49,400 nucleotides of DNA, from NCBI GenBank assembly GCA_964478375.1, contig CAYZIQ010000001.1, forward strand, positions 8,019 through 57,418, written 5' to 3'. This stretch comes from an uncultured Chloroflexus sp. (GTDB lineage Bacteria > Chloroflexota > Anaerolineae > Anaerolineales > Villigracilaceae). The stretch's first letter is position 1; each line of letters begins with the position of its first letter. The position numbers and the translations under genes were made by a program. The notes under the pieces were generated by a model. It saw only the letters and a program-made list of their open reading frames with translations. It was not told the DNA's origin and did not search any database. Shown one piece after another: positions 8,274 through 17,217 of the stretch.

Positions 8274-9293
8274 GTGCGAATTCGCATCGCTTCCATCTTT
8301 CTACTCATCTTACTTGCCGCCTGCACCATCCCTGGCCGGTCAACACCGACGCCCGCGACGACAGAGCCAACAGTTTCCTTATCCACCACTAGCCCAACCC
8401 CAGAGTCCACGACGGTCAGCCCCCTGACGATCCTCGTCATCCCGGCGGACATGCCCTCCGACCAATCCAGTCTGTACCAATCCACAGTCTACGACCTGGC
8501 ACAGCAGGCTGGGATGCGCTTCCAGGTGCGCAACGTGCTGACGGCCAGCGACGTCAGCACGGAACCCGGCCTGAAGGTGGTCATCGCCCTGCCGCCCGAT
8601 CCGGGTCTGACCGGACTGGCAGCCGCCGCACCCCAGGTGCAGTTCCTGGGCGTCAGCATTCCCGGACTGACCGCCGCGGCGAACCTGTCCCTGATCGGCT
8701 CATCCGGCAAGCCGGTGGCTCAGCAGGCTTTCCTGGCCGGTTACATCGCGGCCATGCTCTCGCCCGATTATCGCGTCGGCATCCTCACACAGGAAGACAA
8801 TCCCAGCGCTCTGGCGGCCGAGGCCGCCTTCATCAACGGCGTGCATTTTTACTGCGGCCTGTGCAATCCTGCCTTCGCACCCTTCTACGGTTACCCCTTG
8901 CACATCGAGATTCCCGCAAACACCCCCGAGGGCCAGTACCCGGCCTACGCCAACGGCCTGGCGCGTTACGAAGTCGCGTTCGTCTATCCAGATATTGCCG
9001 CCCCCGATCTGCTGGATTATCTCTACCAAAAAGACATCAAGATTATCAGCGAATCCCTGCCGCTCGAAGACCTGCGCCCGGATTGGATCGTCAGCATCCA
9101 GCCGGAGGTCATCTCCGCCATCCAAAAAATCTTTCCCGACCTGGCAGCCGGCAGGGGCGGACAGGACCTCTCCACCCCGCTCCTCCTGACCGACATCAAC
9201 CCCGATTTGCTCAGCGAGGGCAAGCAGCGGCTGGTAGAAGAGGTATTGAGTGATTTGCAAGCGGGATTTATTGATCCGGGGGCAAACCCCTAA
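8274..9293 (+). CDS. Lipoprotein, BMP/PnrA-like substrate-binding fold (tentative)
   Basis: GTG start, LLAAC lipobox, PT-rich linker, and QQAFLAGYIAAMLSPDYRVGIL resembling the BMP-family motif. Confidence 0.55.
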   Translation: MRIRIASIFLLILLAACTIPGRSTPTPATTEPTVSLSTTSPTPESTTVSPLTILVIPADMPSDQSSLYQSTVYDLAQQAGMRFQVRNVLTASDVSTEPGLKVVIALPPDPGLTGLAAAAPQVQFLGVSIPGLTAAANLSLIGSSGKPVAQQAFLAGYIAAMLSPDYRVGILTQEDNPSALAAEAAFINGVHFYCGLCNPAFAPFYGYPLHIEIPANTPEGQYPAYANGLARYEVAFVYPDIAAPDLLDYLYQKDIKIISESLPLEDLRPDWIVSIQPEVISAIQKIFPDLAAGRGGQDLSTPLLLTDINPDLLSEGKQRLVEEVLSDLQAGFIDPGANP

Positions 9294-9321
9294 CTCGGAC
9301 GAGCCGAAACCAAATAGGTCA

Positions 9322-9348
9322 AAATTCTTGCACAAAAAGCAAGAATTT
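9322..9348 (+). terminator. AT-rich perfect hairpin downstream of the lipoprotein gene
   Basis: aaattcttgc acaaaaa gcaagaattt (10-bp stem). Only a short T run follows, so terminator function is tentative. Confidence 0.35.
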
Positions 9349-9643
9349 CACCTGTAAGGTACTAAGAATGGCGACTGTCATCGTCCCTTGTGTTGTCTCT
9401 TGCGCTATAATGGGAACTATTGATGACAACTGACGAGGTCAATGGGACACAATATCCGCCTCCAGATTCGTGAGAAGGCGGAGGCGAGAGGAAAGCCCAA
9501 ACCGTCGTTCGTGAACGTCACCCCGGTGAATGCAGCAAGCTGACCAGCATGGGATTTCGATAAACCTGCTATCATCATGTTGCCAGGCAGAGAAGATCAC
9601 CGGATAATCACGGCTTCGTCATAATCTTGGAATGGAGATCGAG

Positions 9644-11122
9644 ATGAAAATTCTTTTAATTTATCCTGAGTTTCCCGATACCTTCTGGAGTTTCAAACAT
9701 GCTCTGAAATTTATCCGCAAGAAGGCCTCCACACCGCCTCTTGGCTTGTTGACGGTAGCTGCCATGCTCCCCTCTCAATGGGAGAAGCGTCTGGTTGATT
9801 TGAATGTACAAAAACTCAAGGACAAGGATTTGGCCTGGGCTGATTATGCCTTCGTCAGCGCCATGGTCGTCCAAAGGGAATCCACTCACCAGGTCATTGC
9901 CCGCTGCAAGGCGGCTGGACTGAAAGTCGTCGCAGGAGGGCCGCTATTTACCGCAGAATACATGCAGTTCGAGGACGTAGACCATTTCGTGCTGAATGAG
10001 GCTGAGGTGACACTGCCGCCTTTCCTGCTTGACCTCGAACAGGGTCAGGCCAGACGCGTCTACACCTCGACGGAATTTCCCGATATCCAACAAACCCCCG
10101 CACCGCTATGGGAACTGGCGGACTTGAAGCACTACGCAACCATGTCGGTCCAGTATTCGCGCGGCTGCCCTTTCGATTGCGAATTCTGCAACATTACCAC
10201 GCTTTTCGGACACCGGCCGCGTGTCAAAACTGCCGAGCAGATCACTCGCGAGTTGGATGGGCTGTATCAGCTTGGCTGGCGTGAGAGCGTATTTTTCGTT
10301 GACGATAACCTCATGGGGAATAAGAGGCACCTCAAAGACGATCTGCTGCCTGCATTGATCGAATGGCGCAAAGGGAAAGTCGGCATGCCATTCAACACCG
10401 AGATTTCCATCAATCTGGCTGACGATGAGCAGTTAATGAGCCTGATGTTCCAGGCAGGTTTTACTACAGTATTTATCGGCGTCGAAACGCCAGACGATGA
10501 AAGCCTGGCCGAGTGCAACAAGAAACAGAACCGGCACCGCGACCTGGTTGCGGACGTGAAACGCATCCAGCGCGCCGGCCTACAAGTCCAAGGGGGGTTC
10601 ATCATCGGATTCGACAGCGACACCCCTTCCATTTTCCAACGGCAAATTGACTTCATTCAAAAAAGTGGCATTGTAACCGCCATGGTCGGGCTGCTGCAAG
10701 CCCCTATCGGCACCCGGCTCTACGAGCGCTTGAAGCGTGAGAAGCGCCTGGTTGGGGCGTTCTCAGGCGATAACGTAGACGGCGCGACGAATATTATCCC
10801 TAAGATGAGTCTCGAGACATTGCAGAAGGGTTACCGGGCCGTTGTTGGGTATCTGTACGCCCCTAAAAATTACTATGCCCGCATCATAACTTTTCTGAAA
10901 GAATACAAGCCGCCGAAGGTCACCATTCCCTTTGACCTCAAATACCTTAGGGCGTTTTTCCGCTCCATTGTCCAACTCGGGATCGCCGGCAAGGAGCGCA
11001 TCCACTACTGGAAACTTTTCCTGTGGACTCTCTTTCGCCGCCCACGCCTGTTCCCGCTGGCGATCACCTTGGCGATCTACGGTTATCACTTTCGCCAGGT
11101 CTGTGACCGACATATTCTCTGA
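9644..11122 (+). CDS. B12-binding-domain radical SAM protein (DUF4070-type C-terminus)
   Basis: N-terminal cobalamin-binding-like domain (KILLIYPEF...PPLGLLTVAAML), radical SAM cluster motif CPFDCEFCNIT, long C-terminal extension. Start placed at MKILLIY (ggag 7 nt upstream). Confidence 0.85.
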   Translation: MKILLIYPEFPDTFWSFKHALKFIRKKASTPPLGLLTVAAMLPSQWEKRLVDLNVQKLKDKDLAWADYAFVSAMVVQRESTHQVIARCKAAGLKVVAGGPLFTAEYMQFEDVDHFVLNEAEVTLPPFLLDLEQGQARRVYTSTEFPDIQQTPAPLWELADLKHYATMSVQYSRGCPFDCEFCNITTLFGHRPRVKTAEQITRELDGLYQLGWRESVFFVDDNLMGNKRHLKDDLLPALIEWRKGKVGMPFNTEISINLADDEQLMSLMFQAGFTTVFIGVETPDDESLAECNKKQNRHRDLVADVKRIQRAGLQVQGGFIIGFDSDTPSIFQRQIDFIQKSGIVTAMVGLLQAPIGTRLYERLKREKRLVGAFSGDNVDGATNIIPKMSLETLQKGYRAVVGYLYAPKNYYARIITFLKEYKPPKVTIPFDLKYLRAFFRSIVQLGIAGKERIHYWKLFLWTLFRRPRLFPLAITLAIYGYHFRQVCDRHIL

Positions 11123-11134
11123 TGGAGATCTACT

Positions 11135-12532
11135 ATGGAATCATATGATGCTATCGTTGTCGGTGCTGGGCCGGCGGGGTACGTCTGCGCCATCCGCGCC
11201 GCGCAACTCGGTCAAAAGGTGGCCATCGTGGACAAGCAGTGGCTGGGCGGCGTCTGCCTGAACGTGGGCTGCATTCCGTCCAAGGCGCTGCTGAAGAACG
11301 CCGAAGTGGCCCACACCCTGCGCGAGCGCGGCAAGGAGTTCGGCTTCTCGTTCGAGAATTTGAAACTCGATTACCCGGCGGCAGTCAAACGCTCGCGACA
11401 GGTTTCGGGGCGACTGGTCAAGGGCATCGAATTTTTGATGAAGAAGAACGGCATCACCGTCCACATGGGGACGGCGAAGCTTTCCGCCCCTCAGCTTGTT
11501 ACCGTTACCGATAAAGATGGTAAGCTGACGGAGCTCACCGCCAAGAATATCATCGTCGCCACGGGCGCCAGCGCGGCCGTCCCGGCCGCCTGGAAAATGG
11601 ACGGCGAGAAGGTGATTACCTACCTGGAAGCTATATTACAGGAGAGGTTGCCAAAAAGCGTTATCATCATCGGGGCGGGCGCTACCGGGATGGAATTCGC
11701 CACCGTCTGGAATTCCTATGGCGTGGAGGTGACCATCGTCGAGATGCTGCCGCACATCCTGCCACTGGAGGACGAGGAAGCCGCCGCCGAGGTGGCCAAG
11801 GCCTACAGCAAGCGCGGCGTGAAGATTCTGGCCGGGCACAAGGTCGAGGCAATTGAAGCAATTGGGACTGGCGCCAAAGTGACGGTCTCCGCCGGCAGTG
11901 AGACGAAAGTTCTGGAAGCCGAGCAAGCGCTGATAGCCATTGGCTTCACACCCAACTCAAAGGGACTAGGGCTGGAGGAAGTGGGCGTCAAACTCTCCGA
12001 GCGCGGTTTCATCGAGATTGACGAACGCATGGCGACGAACGTGCCCGGCATCTGGGCCATCGGCGACGTGACCGGCAAGCTGATGCTGGCGCACGTCGGC
12101 TCGGCGCAGGGGATCGTCTGCGCAGAGAACACTGCCGGGCATGAGACGGTCACGCTGGATTACGAGATGATGCCGCGCGCCACGTATTGCTCGCCGCAGG
12201 TAGCCTCCTTCGGTATGAGTGAGGCGCAGGCAAAGGAACGCGGCTTCACGGTCAAGGTGGGGCGTTTCCCCTTCCAGGCCAACGGCAAGGCCCTCGGCCT
12301 GGCGGACTACGCCGGCTGGGTCAAGCTAGTGGTGGACGAAAAGTACAGCGAAATCCTGGGCGCGACGTTGGTCGGCCCGGAGGTGACCGAGCTGCTGCCC
12401 GAACTGACCCTGGCCCAAATGATGGAGTTGACACCCGCCGAGATCGCCCGCAACGTCCATGCCCACCCGACGCTCTCGGAAGTGCTAATGGAAGCCGCTC
12501 ATGCAGCGGAGGGACGCGCATTACATATCTGA
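11135..12532 (+). CDS. lpdA: Dihydrolipoyl dehydrogenase
   Basis: YDAIVVGAGPAGY, redox-active disulfide GGVCLNVGCIPSK, C-terminal HAHPTLSE interface motif. Confidence 0.92.
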   Translation: MESYDAIVVGAGPAGYVCAIRAAQLGQKVAIVDKQWLGGVCLNVGCIPSKALLKNAEVAHTLRERGKEFGFSFENLKLDYPAAVKRSRQVSGRLVKGIEFLMKKNGITVHMGTAKLSAPQLVTVTDKDGKLTELTAKNIIVATGASAAVPAAWKMDGEKVITYLEAILQERLPKSVIIIGAGATGMEFATVWNSYGVEVTIVEMLPHILPLEDEEAAAEVAKAYSKRGVKILAGHKVEAIEAIGTGAKVTVSAGSETKVLEAEQALIAIGFTPNSKGLGLEEVGVKLSERGFIEIDERMATNVPGIWAIGDVTGKLMLAHVGSAQGIVCAENTAGHETVTLDYEMMPRATYCSPQVASFGMSEAQAKERGFTVKVGRFPFQANGKALGLADYAGWVKLVVDEKYSEILGATLVGPEVTELLPELTLAQMMELTPAEIARNVHAHPTLSEVLMEAAHAAEGRALHI

Positions 12533-12623
12533 CGACCATCCTCCTGGCCGGGATGCTCCTGCTGGGAATTATCATCTCTGTAGAAACATTCCGTTGGGAA
12601 TAAACAAAAGAAGAACAACGCAA

Positions 12624-12663
12624 GTTCAGGGATGTCGCGCCTGTCATCCCTGAACATTTGTTT
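12624..12663 (+). terminator. Probable terminator of lpdA
   Basis: gttcagggatg / catccctgaac, a perfect 11-bp stem, followed by atttgttta. Confidence 0.55.
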
Positions 12664-12715
12664 AAACGGGTAAAATACGGATAAGGTTTCCTTTCAAAAA
12701 TACAAGGAGTCTCCC

Positions 12716-13228
12716 ATGTCCACACACCTGCTTGTTGCCCAACTGCGCTTCGCCCGCAGCGAATTCGTCCGCTGCCTGGAGGGCGTCTCCGCAGAAGACG
12801 CCACCCGGCGGTTGATGCCCATGAACTGCATCAGTTGGATGGTCGGTCACCTCGCCAATCAAGAGCACCGCTACTGGGTGGTTCTGGCGCAGGGAAGGAA
12901 TGTCGCCCCCGACCTGTATGAATTGGTCGGCTACGGCAAGCCCGCCAGCACGCCTCCGCTGGCAGAAATGTGGACTGCCTGGCGGGAAGTCACCGCCGCG
13001 GCGGACGCCTATCTCGACACGCTGACGCCCGAAATCATGCAGACATACCTGTTGCGCGACGGAAAACCAGTGGACGAAAGCGTCGGCACACTGCTGATGC
13101 AGAATATCTACCACTACTGGTACCACAACGGCGAAGCCTCCGCCGTCCGACAGATGTTGGGACACACTGACCTGCCCGAATTCGTGGGTGACATAAACCA
13201 GGCTGCTTACCGGCCCGAAGAAAGCTGA
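12716..13228 (+). CDS. DinB-family protein
   Basis: 170 aa; SD aaggag. ISWMVGHLANQEHRYW...NIYHYWYHNGEASAVRQMLG, a typical DinB helix pattern. Confidence 0.8.
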   Translation: MSTHLLVAQLRFARSEFVRCLEGVSAEDATRRLMPMNCISWMVGHLANQEHRYWVVLAQGRNVAPDLYELVGYGKPASTPPLAEMWTAWREVTAAADAYLDTLTPEIMQTYLLRDGKPVDESVGTLLMQNIYHYWYHNGEASAVRQMLGHTDLPEFVGDINQAAYRPEES

Positions 13229-13247
13229 TGGGACAGGCGCACTTCCA

Positions 13248-14450
13248 ATGTTCAAAAAATTGATTGCATTTACCAAAAATGGCGCCATCCGCCAGACATT
13301 TGGCTATTATTTCCTTTTCATCTGCCTGGGTTTAGATATGGCAATCGTCGGGCCGACCTTACCCGCTCTGGCCAAACAGACCGGTTCCAGCCTGGGTCGA
13401 ATGGGACTACTGTTCCTGGCAGGTTCGGCTGGCTACACCCTGGGGACGATGATCGGTGGACGTATCTTCGACCGGGTGCGCGGTCATCCGATAATGGGAA
13501 TTGCCCAATTGTTCGTGGCTGCCCTGATCGTCCTCGTCCCGTTCACACCCTGGTTTTGGCTGTTGCTGGCAATCCTGGTCTGCAAGGGGCTCGCCGAGGG
13601 TCTGATCAACACGGGGGCCAACACCTTGCTGGTCTGGACGCATGTCGAGAAAGTCGGTCCTTTTATGAATGGACTGCACTTCTTCTTTGGCCTTGGGGCA
13701 TTTCTCTCCCCGTTACTCGTTGCACAGGTCGTGGAAATCGCCGGCGGCTATCGTTGGGCTTTCTGGGCGTTGGCAGCCTTCGCCGCACTGGTTGGCCTGC
13801 ATATGCTGACGCTGTCGGGTAGTCCCCAGCCCGCTTACGCAGACAAGGGTAAAACGGTCCCGGGTGCCCAAGGCCCAATCTCCTACCCGCTGGTGATCGC
13901 AGCGATGCTCTTCCTATTCTTCTACGTCGGCGCAGAAATCACCTTCGGCGGATGGGTCTACACCTACGCAGTGACACTCAACCTTGCCAGCGCGGTCGGG
14001 GCAGCCTACCTGACTTCGGTTTTTTGGCTGGCGTTCACCATCGGACGGCTACTCTCCATCCCTGCCGCCACCCGTTTCACGCCGAAACAGATTATCTCGG
14101 CAGCACTGTTCAGTTGCCTGTCCATCCTGACCATAGGGATTATCTTTGCAGGCTTTGGCGCAGTGCTATGGGTATTGGCAATCGGACTGGGATTCTGTAT
14201 GGCTCCCATCTGGCCAACCGGATTCACTCTGGCCGGGCAGTCCATCAACCTGACCGGTAGGATCAGCAGTGTGATCCTGCTCGGCGATAGTCTCGGCGGC
14301 ATGATCCTGCCGACACTGGTTGGCCAGGTCATCGAAGGCAGCAGCCCGCGCGCCATGGTCTATCTGGTTTTCGGCAGCCTGGTGCTGAATCTGCTGGCTT
14401 TCGCCGGTATGTCGCGCCTGCGCCCGGTCAAGCCACTACCCACTACGTGA
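13248..14450 (+). CDS. MFS transporter
   Basis: 400 aa, about 12 TM segments, GGRIFDRVRG loop motif between TM2 and TM3. Confidence 0.85.
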   Translation: MFKKLIAFTKNGAIRQTFGYYFLFICLGLDMAIVGPTLPALAKQTGSSLGRMGLLFLAGSAGYTLGTMIGGRIFDRVRGHPIMGIAQLFVAALIVLVPFTPWFWLLLAILVCKGLAEGLINTGANTLLVWTHVEKVGPFMNGLHFFFGLGAFLSPLLVAQVVEIAGGYRWAFWALAAFAALVGLHMLTLSGSPQPAYADKGKTVPGAQGPISYPLVIAAMLFLFFYVGAEITFGGWVYTYAVTLNLASAVGAAYLTSVFWLAFTIGRLLSIPAATRFTPKQIISAALFSCLSILTIGIIFAGFGAVLWVLAIGLGFCMAPIWPTGFTLAGQSINLTGRISSVILLGDSLGGMILPTLVGQVIEGSSPRAMVYLVFGSLVLNLLAFAGMSRLRPVKPLPTT

Positions 14451-14459
14451 GGAAAAAAC

Positions 14460-16055
14460 ATGCCTGATTGGTTGGAGAAAGCTGTCTTCTACGAGATCTA
14501 CCCGCAGTCATTCTTTGATTCGAACGACGATGGCATCGGCGACCTGCCCGGCATTCTGCAAAAATTGGAATACCTGCAATACCTGGGGGTCAACGCCGTC
14601 TGGCTCAACCCGTGCTTTGTCTCACCGTTTCAGGACGCAGGTTACGATGTCAGCGATTTCTATCAAGTTGCGCCGCGCTACGGGACGAACGGTGACCTGA
14701 AAAAGCTCTTCGACGAAACGCGTCGTCTCGGCATCCGCATCCTGCTGGACCTGGTGCCGGGTCACACCTCGACGCAGCATCCCTGGTTCAAAGAATCTTG
14801 CAAGCCGGAGCGCAATCACTATTCCGACTGGTATATCTGGACCGACAGCGTCTGGACCTGGAGCGCGCCCGGCGTGCAGACGGTCATCGGCTACGCTGAA
14901 CGGGATGGCAACTACATCACGAACTTCTTCCACTTCCAACCGGCGCTCAACTACGGCTTTGCCAACCCCGGCCCAAACCATCCCTGGCAGCAGCCCGTGG
15001 ATGCTCCTGGCCCACGGGCTGTACGGCAGGAACTGAAAAACATCATGAAATTCTGGCTGGAGATGGGTGCCAGCGGCTTCCGAGTGGACATGGCCGGGTC
15101 GCTGGTCAAGAACGACCCAGGCGGCAAGGAAACGGCGCGCCTGTGGCAGGAAGTGCGCGCCTGGCTGGACCGCAGCTATCCCGAGGCAGCCCTCGTCTCC
15201 GAGTGGTCCAATCCGGGCGTGGCGATCGCCGCCGGCTTCCACATGGATTTCCTGCTCCCGTTCGCCAGTCCCGGATACTGGTCACTCTTTCGCAAGCAAA
15301 ATAATGACGAGGCTACTGCCAGTTTCTTCGAACCGAGCGGGCGAGGGGATGCGCGCCTCTTCCTGGATGAGTACCTGCCACTTTACCAGTCCACACGCCA
15401 CCAGGGTTTCATTGCACTTCCGAGCGGCAATCACGACATCGTCCCACGCCTGGGCAATGGCCGTACACCGCGCGATCTGGAACTGGCCTTCCTGTTCCTG
15501 TTGACCATGCCGGGCGTGCCCTTTATCTACTGCGGCGACGAGATCGGGATACGCTCGCCGGATGGGTTAGTCTCGAAAGAGGGCGGCTATGGTCGCACCG
15601 GAGCGCGCACACCCATGCAGTGGGACGATTCTCCAAACGCCGGTTTCTCTAACGCTCCGGCAGCGCGGCTTTACCTGCCGGTCGAAGATGCCCCGGACCG
15701 CCCCACGGTGGCCGCCCAGCGCGCCGACGCCGGCTCGCTGCTCAACCGCGTGCGCCAATTGATCGCCTTGCGCCAGGCCCACCCAGCCCTATGCGCCAGC
15801 AGTGCTTTCGAGCCAGTTTACGCCGAAGCAGGGAAATGCCCATTCGTTTACAAAAGGCAATCCGGAGACGAAATCCTCTTCGTCGCGCTCAACCCATCCG
15901 CCCAGCCTTGCGAGGTAAAGCTCCCCGAGGCACTTTCCACCCAACCCCCCGAGGCGCTCTATGGCGAGCCGGCTCCTTTTTCGCGTGACAGTACACAGTG
16001 GATACTGCGGCTGTCGGGAGTAAGCGGGGGCATGTACCGAATAAAGCCGAAATAA
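14460..16055 (+). CDS. GH13 alpha-amylase-family glycosidase (alpha-glucosidase / oligo-1,6-glucosidase-like)
   Basis: FYEIYPQSFFDSNDDGIGDLPGILQKLEYLQYLGVNAVWLNP, GFRVDMAG, ALVSEW, and GNHD conserved regions. Confidence 0.88.
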   Translation: MPDWLEKAVFYEIYPQSFFDSNDDGIGDLPGILQKLEYLQYLGVNAVWLNPCFVSPFQDAGYDVSDFYQVAPRYGTNGDLKKLFDETRRLGIRILLDLVPGHTSTQHPWFKESCKPERNHYSDWYIWTDSVWTWSAPGVQTVIGYAERDGNYITNFFHFQPALNYGFANPGPNHPWQQPVDAPGPRAVRQELKNIMKFWLEMGASGFRVDMAGSLVKNDPGGKETARLWQEVRAWLDRSYPEAALVSEWSNPGVAIAAGFHMDFLLPFASPGYWSLFRKQNNDEATASFFEPSGRGDARLFLDEYLPLYQSTRHQGFIALPSGNHDIVPRLGNGRTPRDLELAFLFLLTMPGVPFIYCGDEIGIRSPDGLVSKEGGYGRTGARTPMQWDDSPNAGFSNAPAARLYLPVEDAPDRPTVAAQRADAGSLLNRVRQLIALRQAHPALCASSAFEPVYAEAGKCPFVYKRQSGDEILFVALNPSAQPCEVKLPEALSTQPPEALYGEPAPFSRDSTQWILRLSGVSGGMYRIKPK

Positions 16056-16077
16056 GAAACAAAACTGGGACCCTTTC

Positions 16078-16464
16078 ATGCTCCCCTCTCGCTACCTCGA
16101 CAGGTTTCTCCAGCAAGTTCCGCCGCACCTGCAAGATGTCGTGATCGAACTGAGAAACATCATCGCCTCTGTCGCTCCGGGCGTGACCGAGGTCACCCAC
16201 CGCAAGGGCTTCAGCTACTACTTCAAGGAACGCGGCGGACCGGTCAGCGCGGGGCTGTGCCAGATCAGCATTCACGAAGACCACGTCCGCCTGGCTTTCA
16301 TCCACGGAGTGTTTCTACCCAATCCGCACGGGCTGCTGGAGGGAGATCCCCAGTACAAACGCTTCGTTCGCATCCAATCGTACGAGGATGCTCCGTGGGA
16401 GGATTTGAAAGAATTGATCCTGGCGTCTTCGCGTTTCGATCCGCGTTCGTTGCAAGTCCGATAA
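16078..16464 (+). CDS. DUF1801 (YdhG-like) domain protein
   Basis: 128-aa ORF; pattern ...VRLAFIHGVFLPNPHGLLEGDPQYKRFVRI...EDLKELI. Confidence 0.55.
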   Translation: MLPSRYLDRFLQQVPPHLQDVVIELRNIIASVAPGVTEVTHRKGFSYYFKERGGPVSAGLCQISIHEDHVRLAFIHGVFLPNPHGLLEGDPQYKRFVRIQSYEDAPWEDLKELILASSRFDPRSLQVR

Positions 16465-16567
16465 TTGCATACCCGGGAAACAGAAACGCCTATTGCGGAC
16501 TGCTTTTATTTCCTACCCTCGACTCTCCATTCTCTAGTCCTCCATCTTGTAGATAAATACCTTCTGC

Positions 16568-16735
16568 ATGGATTCCAAAACTTTCTCCATCCTCGAATAC
16601 CCCAAGATCCTGGCCCGCCTGGCAGACTTGTGCGATTTCTCCACCTCGGTGAACCTGACGCACACGCTCACGCCCCATTTCGGCATCGCCGTCATTCGCC
16701 TGGCCGAAACGACCGAGGCGCGCAGGCCAGGATGT
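16568..16735 (+). pseudogene. mutS2: 5' remnant of endonuclease MutS2 gene (about the first 55 codons only)
   Basis: MDSKTFSILEYPKILARLADLCDFSTSVNLTHTLTP....LAETTEARR matches the conserved MutS2 N-terminus. Homology stops where the convergent cupin gene begins; the rest of the roughly 800-aa protein is absent. Confidence 0.55.
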
Positions 16736-16771
16736 AGATCACACCCCATTCCCCTCTTTTTGAAAATTACT

Positions 16772-17095
16772 TTATACTCGTATCATCGTCAAGAGCATCT
16801 TGAATTGCTTTGTCGCCCTCACGGCGTGAGGTTGGTTCGCAGGCATGATAATGGTTTCGCCTGCCTTCAGCCGAAACGGCTGACCGGAGATACTGATCTC
16901 TGCTTCACCGTCCAGCAAATGGACAAGGGCATCGAACGGAGCGGTATGCTCGCTCAACTCCTGGCCAGCGTCGAAGGCGAATAGGGTCACATTGCCGGCT
17001 CCACCCTTGAGGATAACGCGGCTGACGACAGCACTCTCCTGGTAGCCGATCAAGTCAGCGATGGTTAGGATTTGGGCGGCGGGGGTAGTGGACAT
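16772..17095 (-). CDS. Cupin-domain protein
   Basis: 107 aa from MSTTPAAQ (SD aggaga). GNVTLFAFDAGQELSEHTAPFDALVHLLDGEAEISISGQPFRLKAGETIIMPANQPHAV. The upstream part of the ORF-track entry (to 17449) is non-coding and repeat-derived. Confidence 0.8.
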   Translation of the reverse strand: MSTTPAAQILTIADLIGYQESAVVSRVILKGGAGNVTLFAFDAGQELSEHTAPFDALVHLLDGEAEISISGQPFRLKAGETIIMPANQPHAVRATKQFKMLLTMIRV

Positions 17096-17111
17096 TATAT
17101 CTCCTATATTC

Positions 17112-17217
17112 GTGTCATTGCGAGGGCGAAGCCCGAAGCAATCCCCGCGCTCGCGTGGAGATTGCTTTGGCACACCGTCCCGGTGTCCTTCCGGGAAAGA
17201 ACGCCTCACAATGACAC
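17112..17217. mobile_element. MITE/REP-like 106-bp element with 14-bp terminal inverted repeats
   Basis: gtgtcattgcgagg (17112-17125) versus cctcacaatgacac (17204-17217), 13/14 complementary. Internal hairpins gcaatc...gattgc and acaccg tcc cggtgt. Confidence 0.45.

Noticed and set aside
9412-9643. Confident call of a cobalamin riboswitch upstream of the B12-rSAM gene.
   Set aside because: Only loose resemblance to conserved segments, and I could not find the GCCACTG core or a clean B12 box by eye. It is kept only as a low-interest item to test with Rfam.
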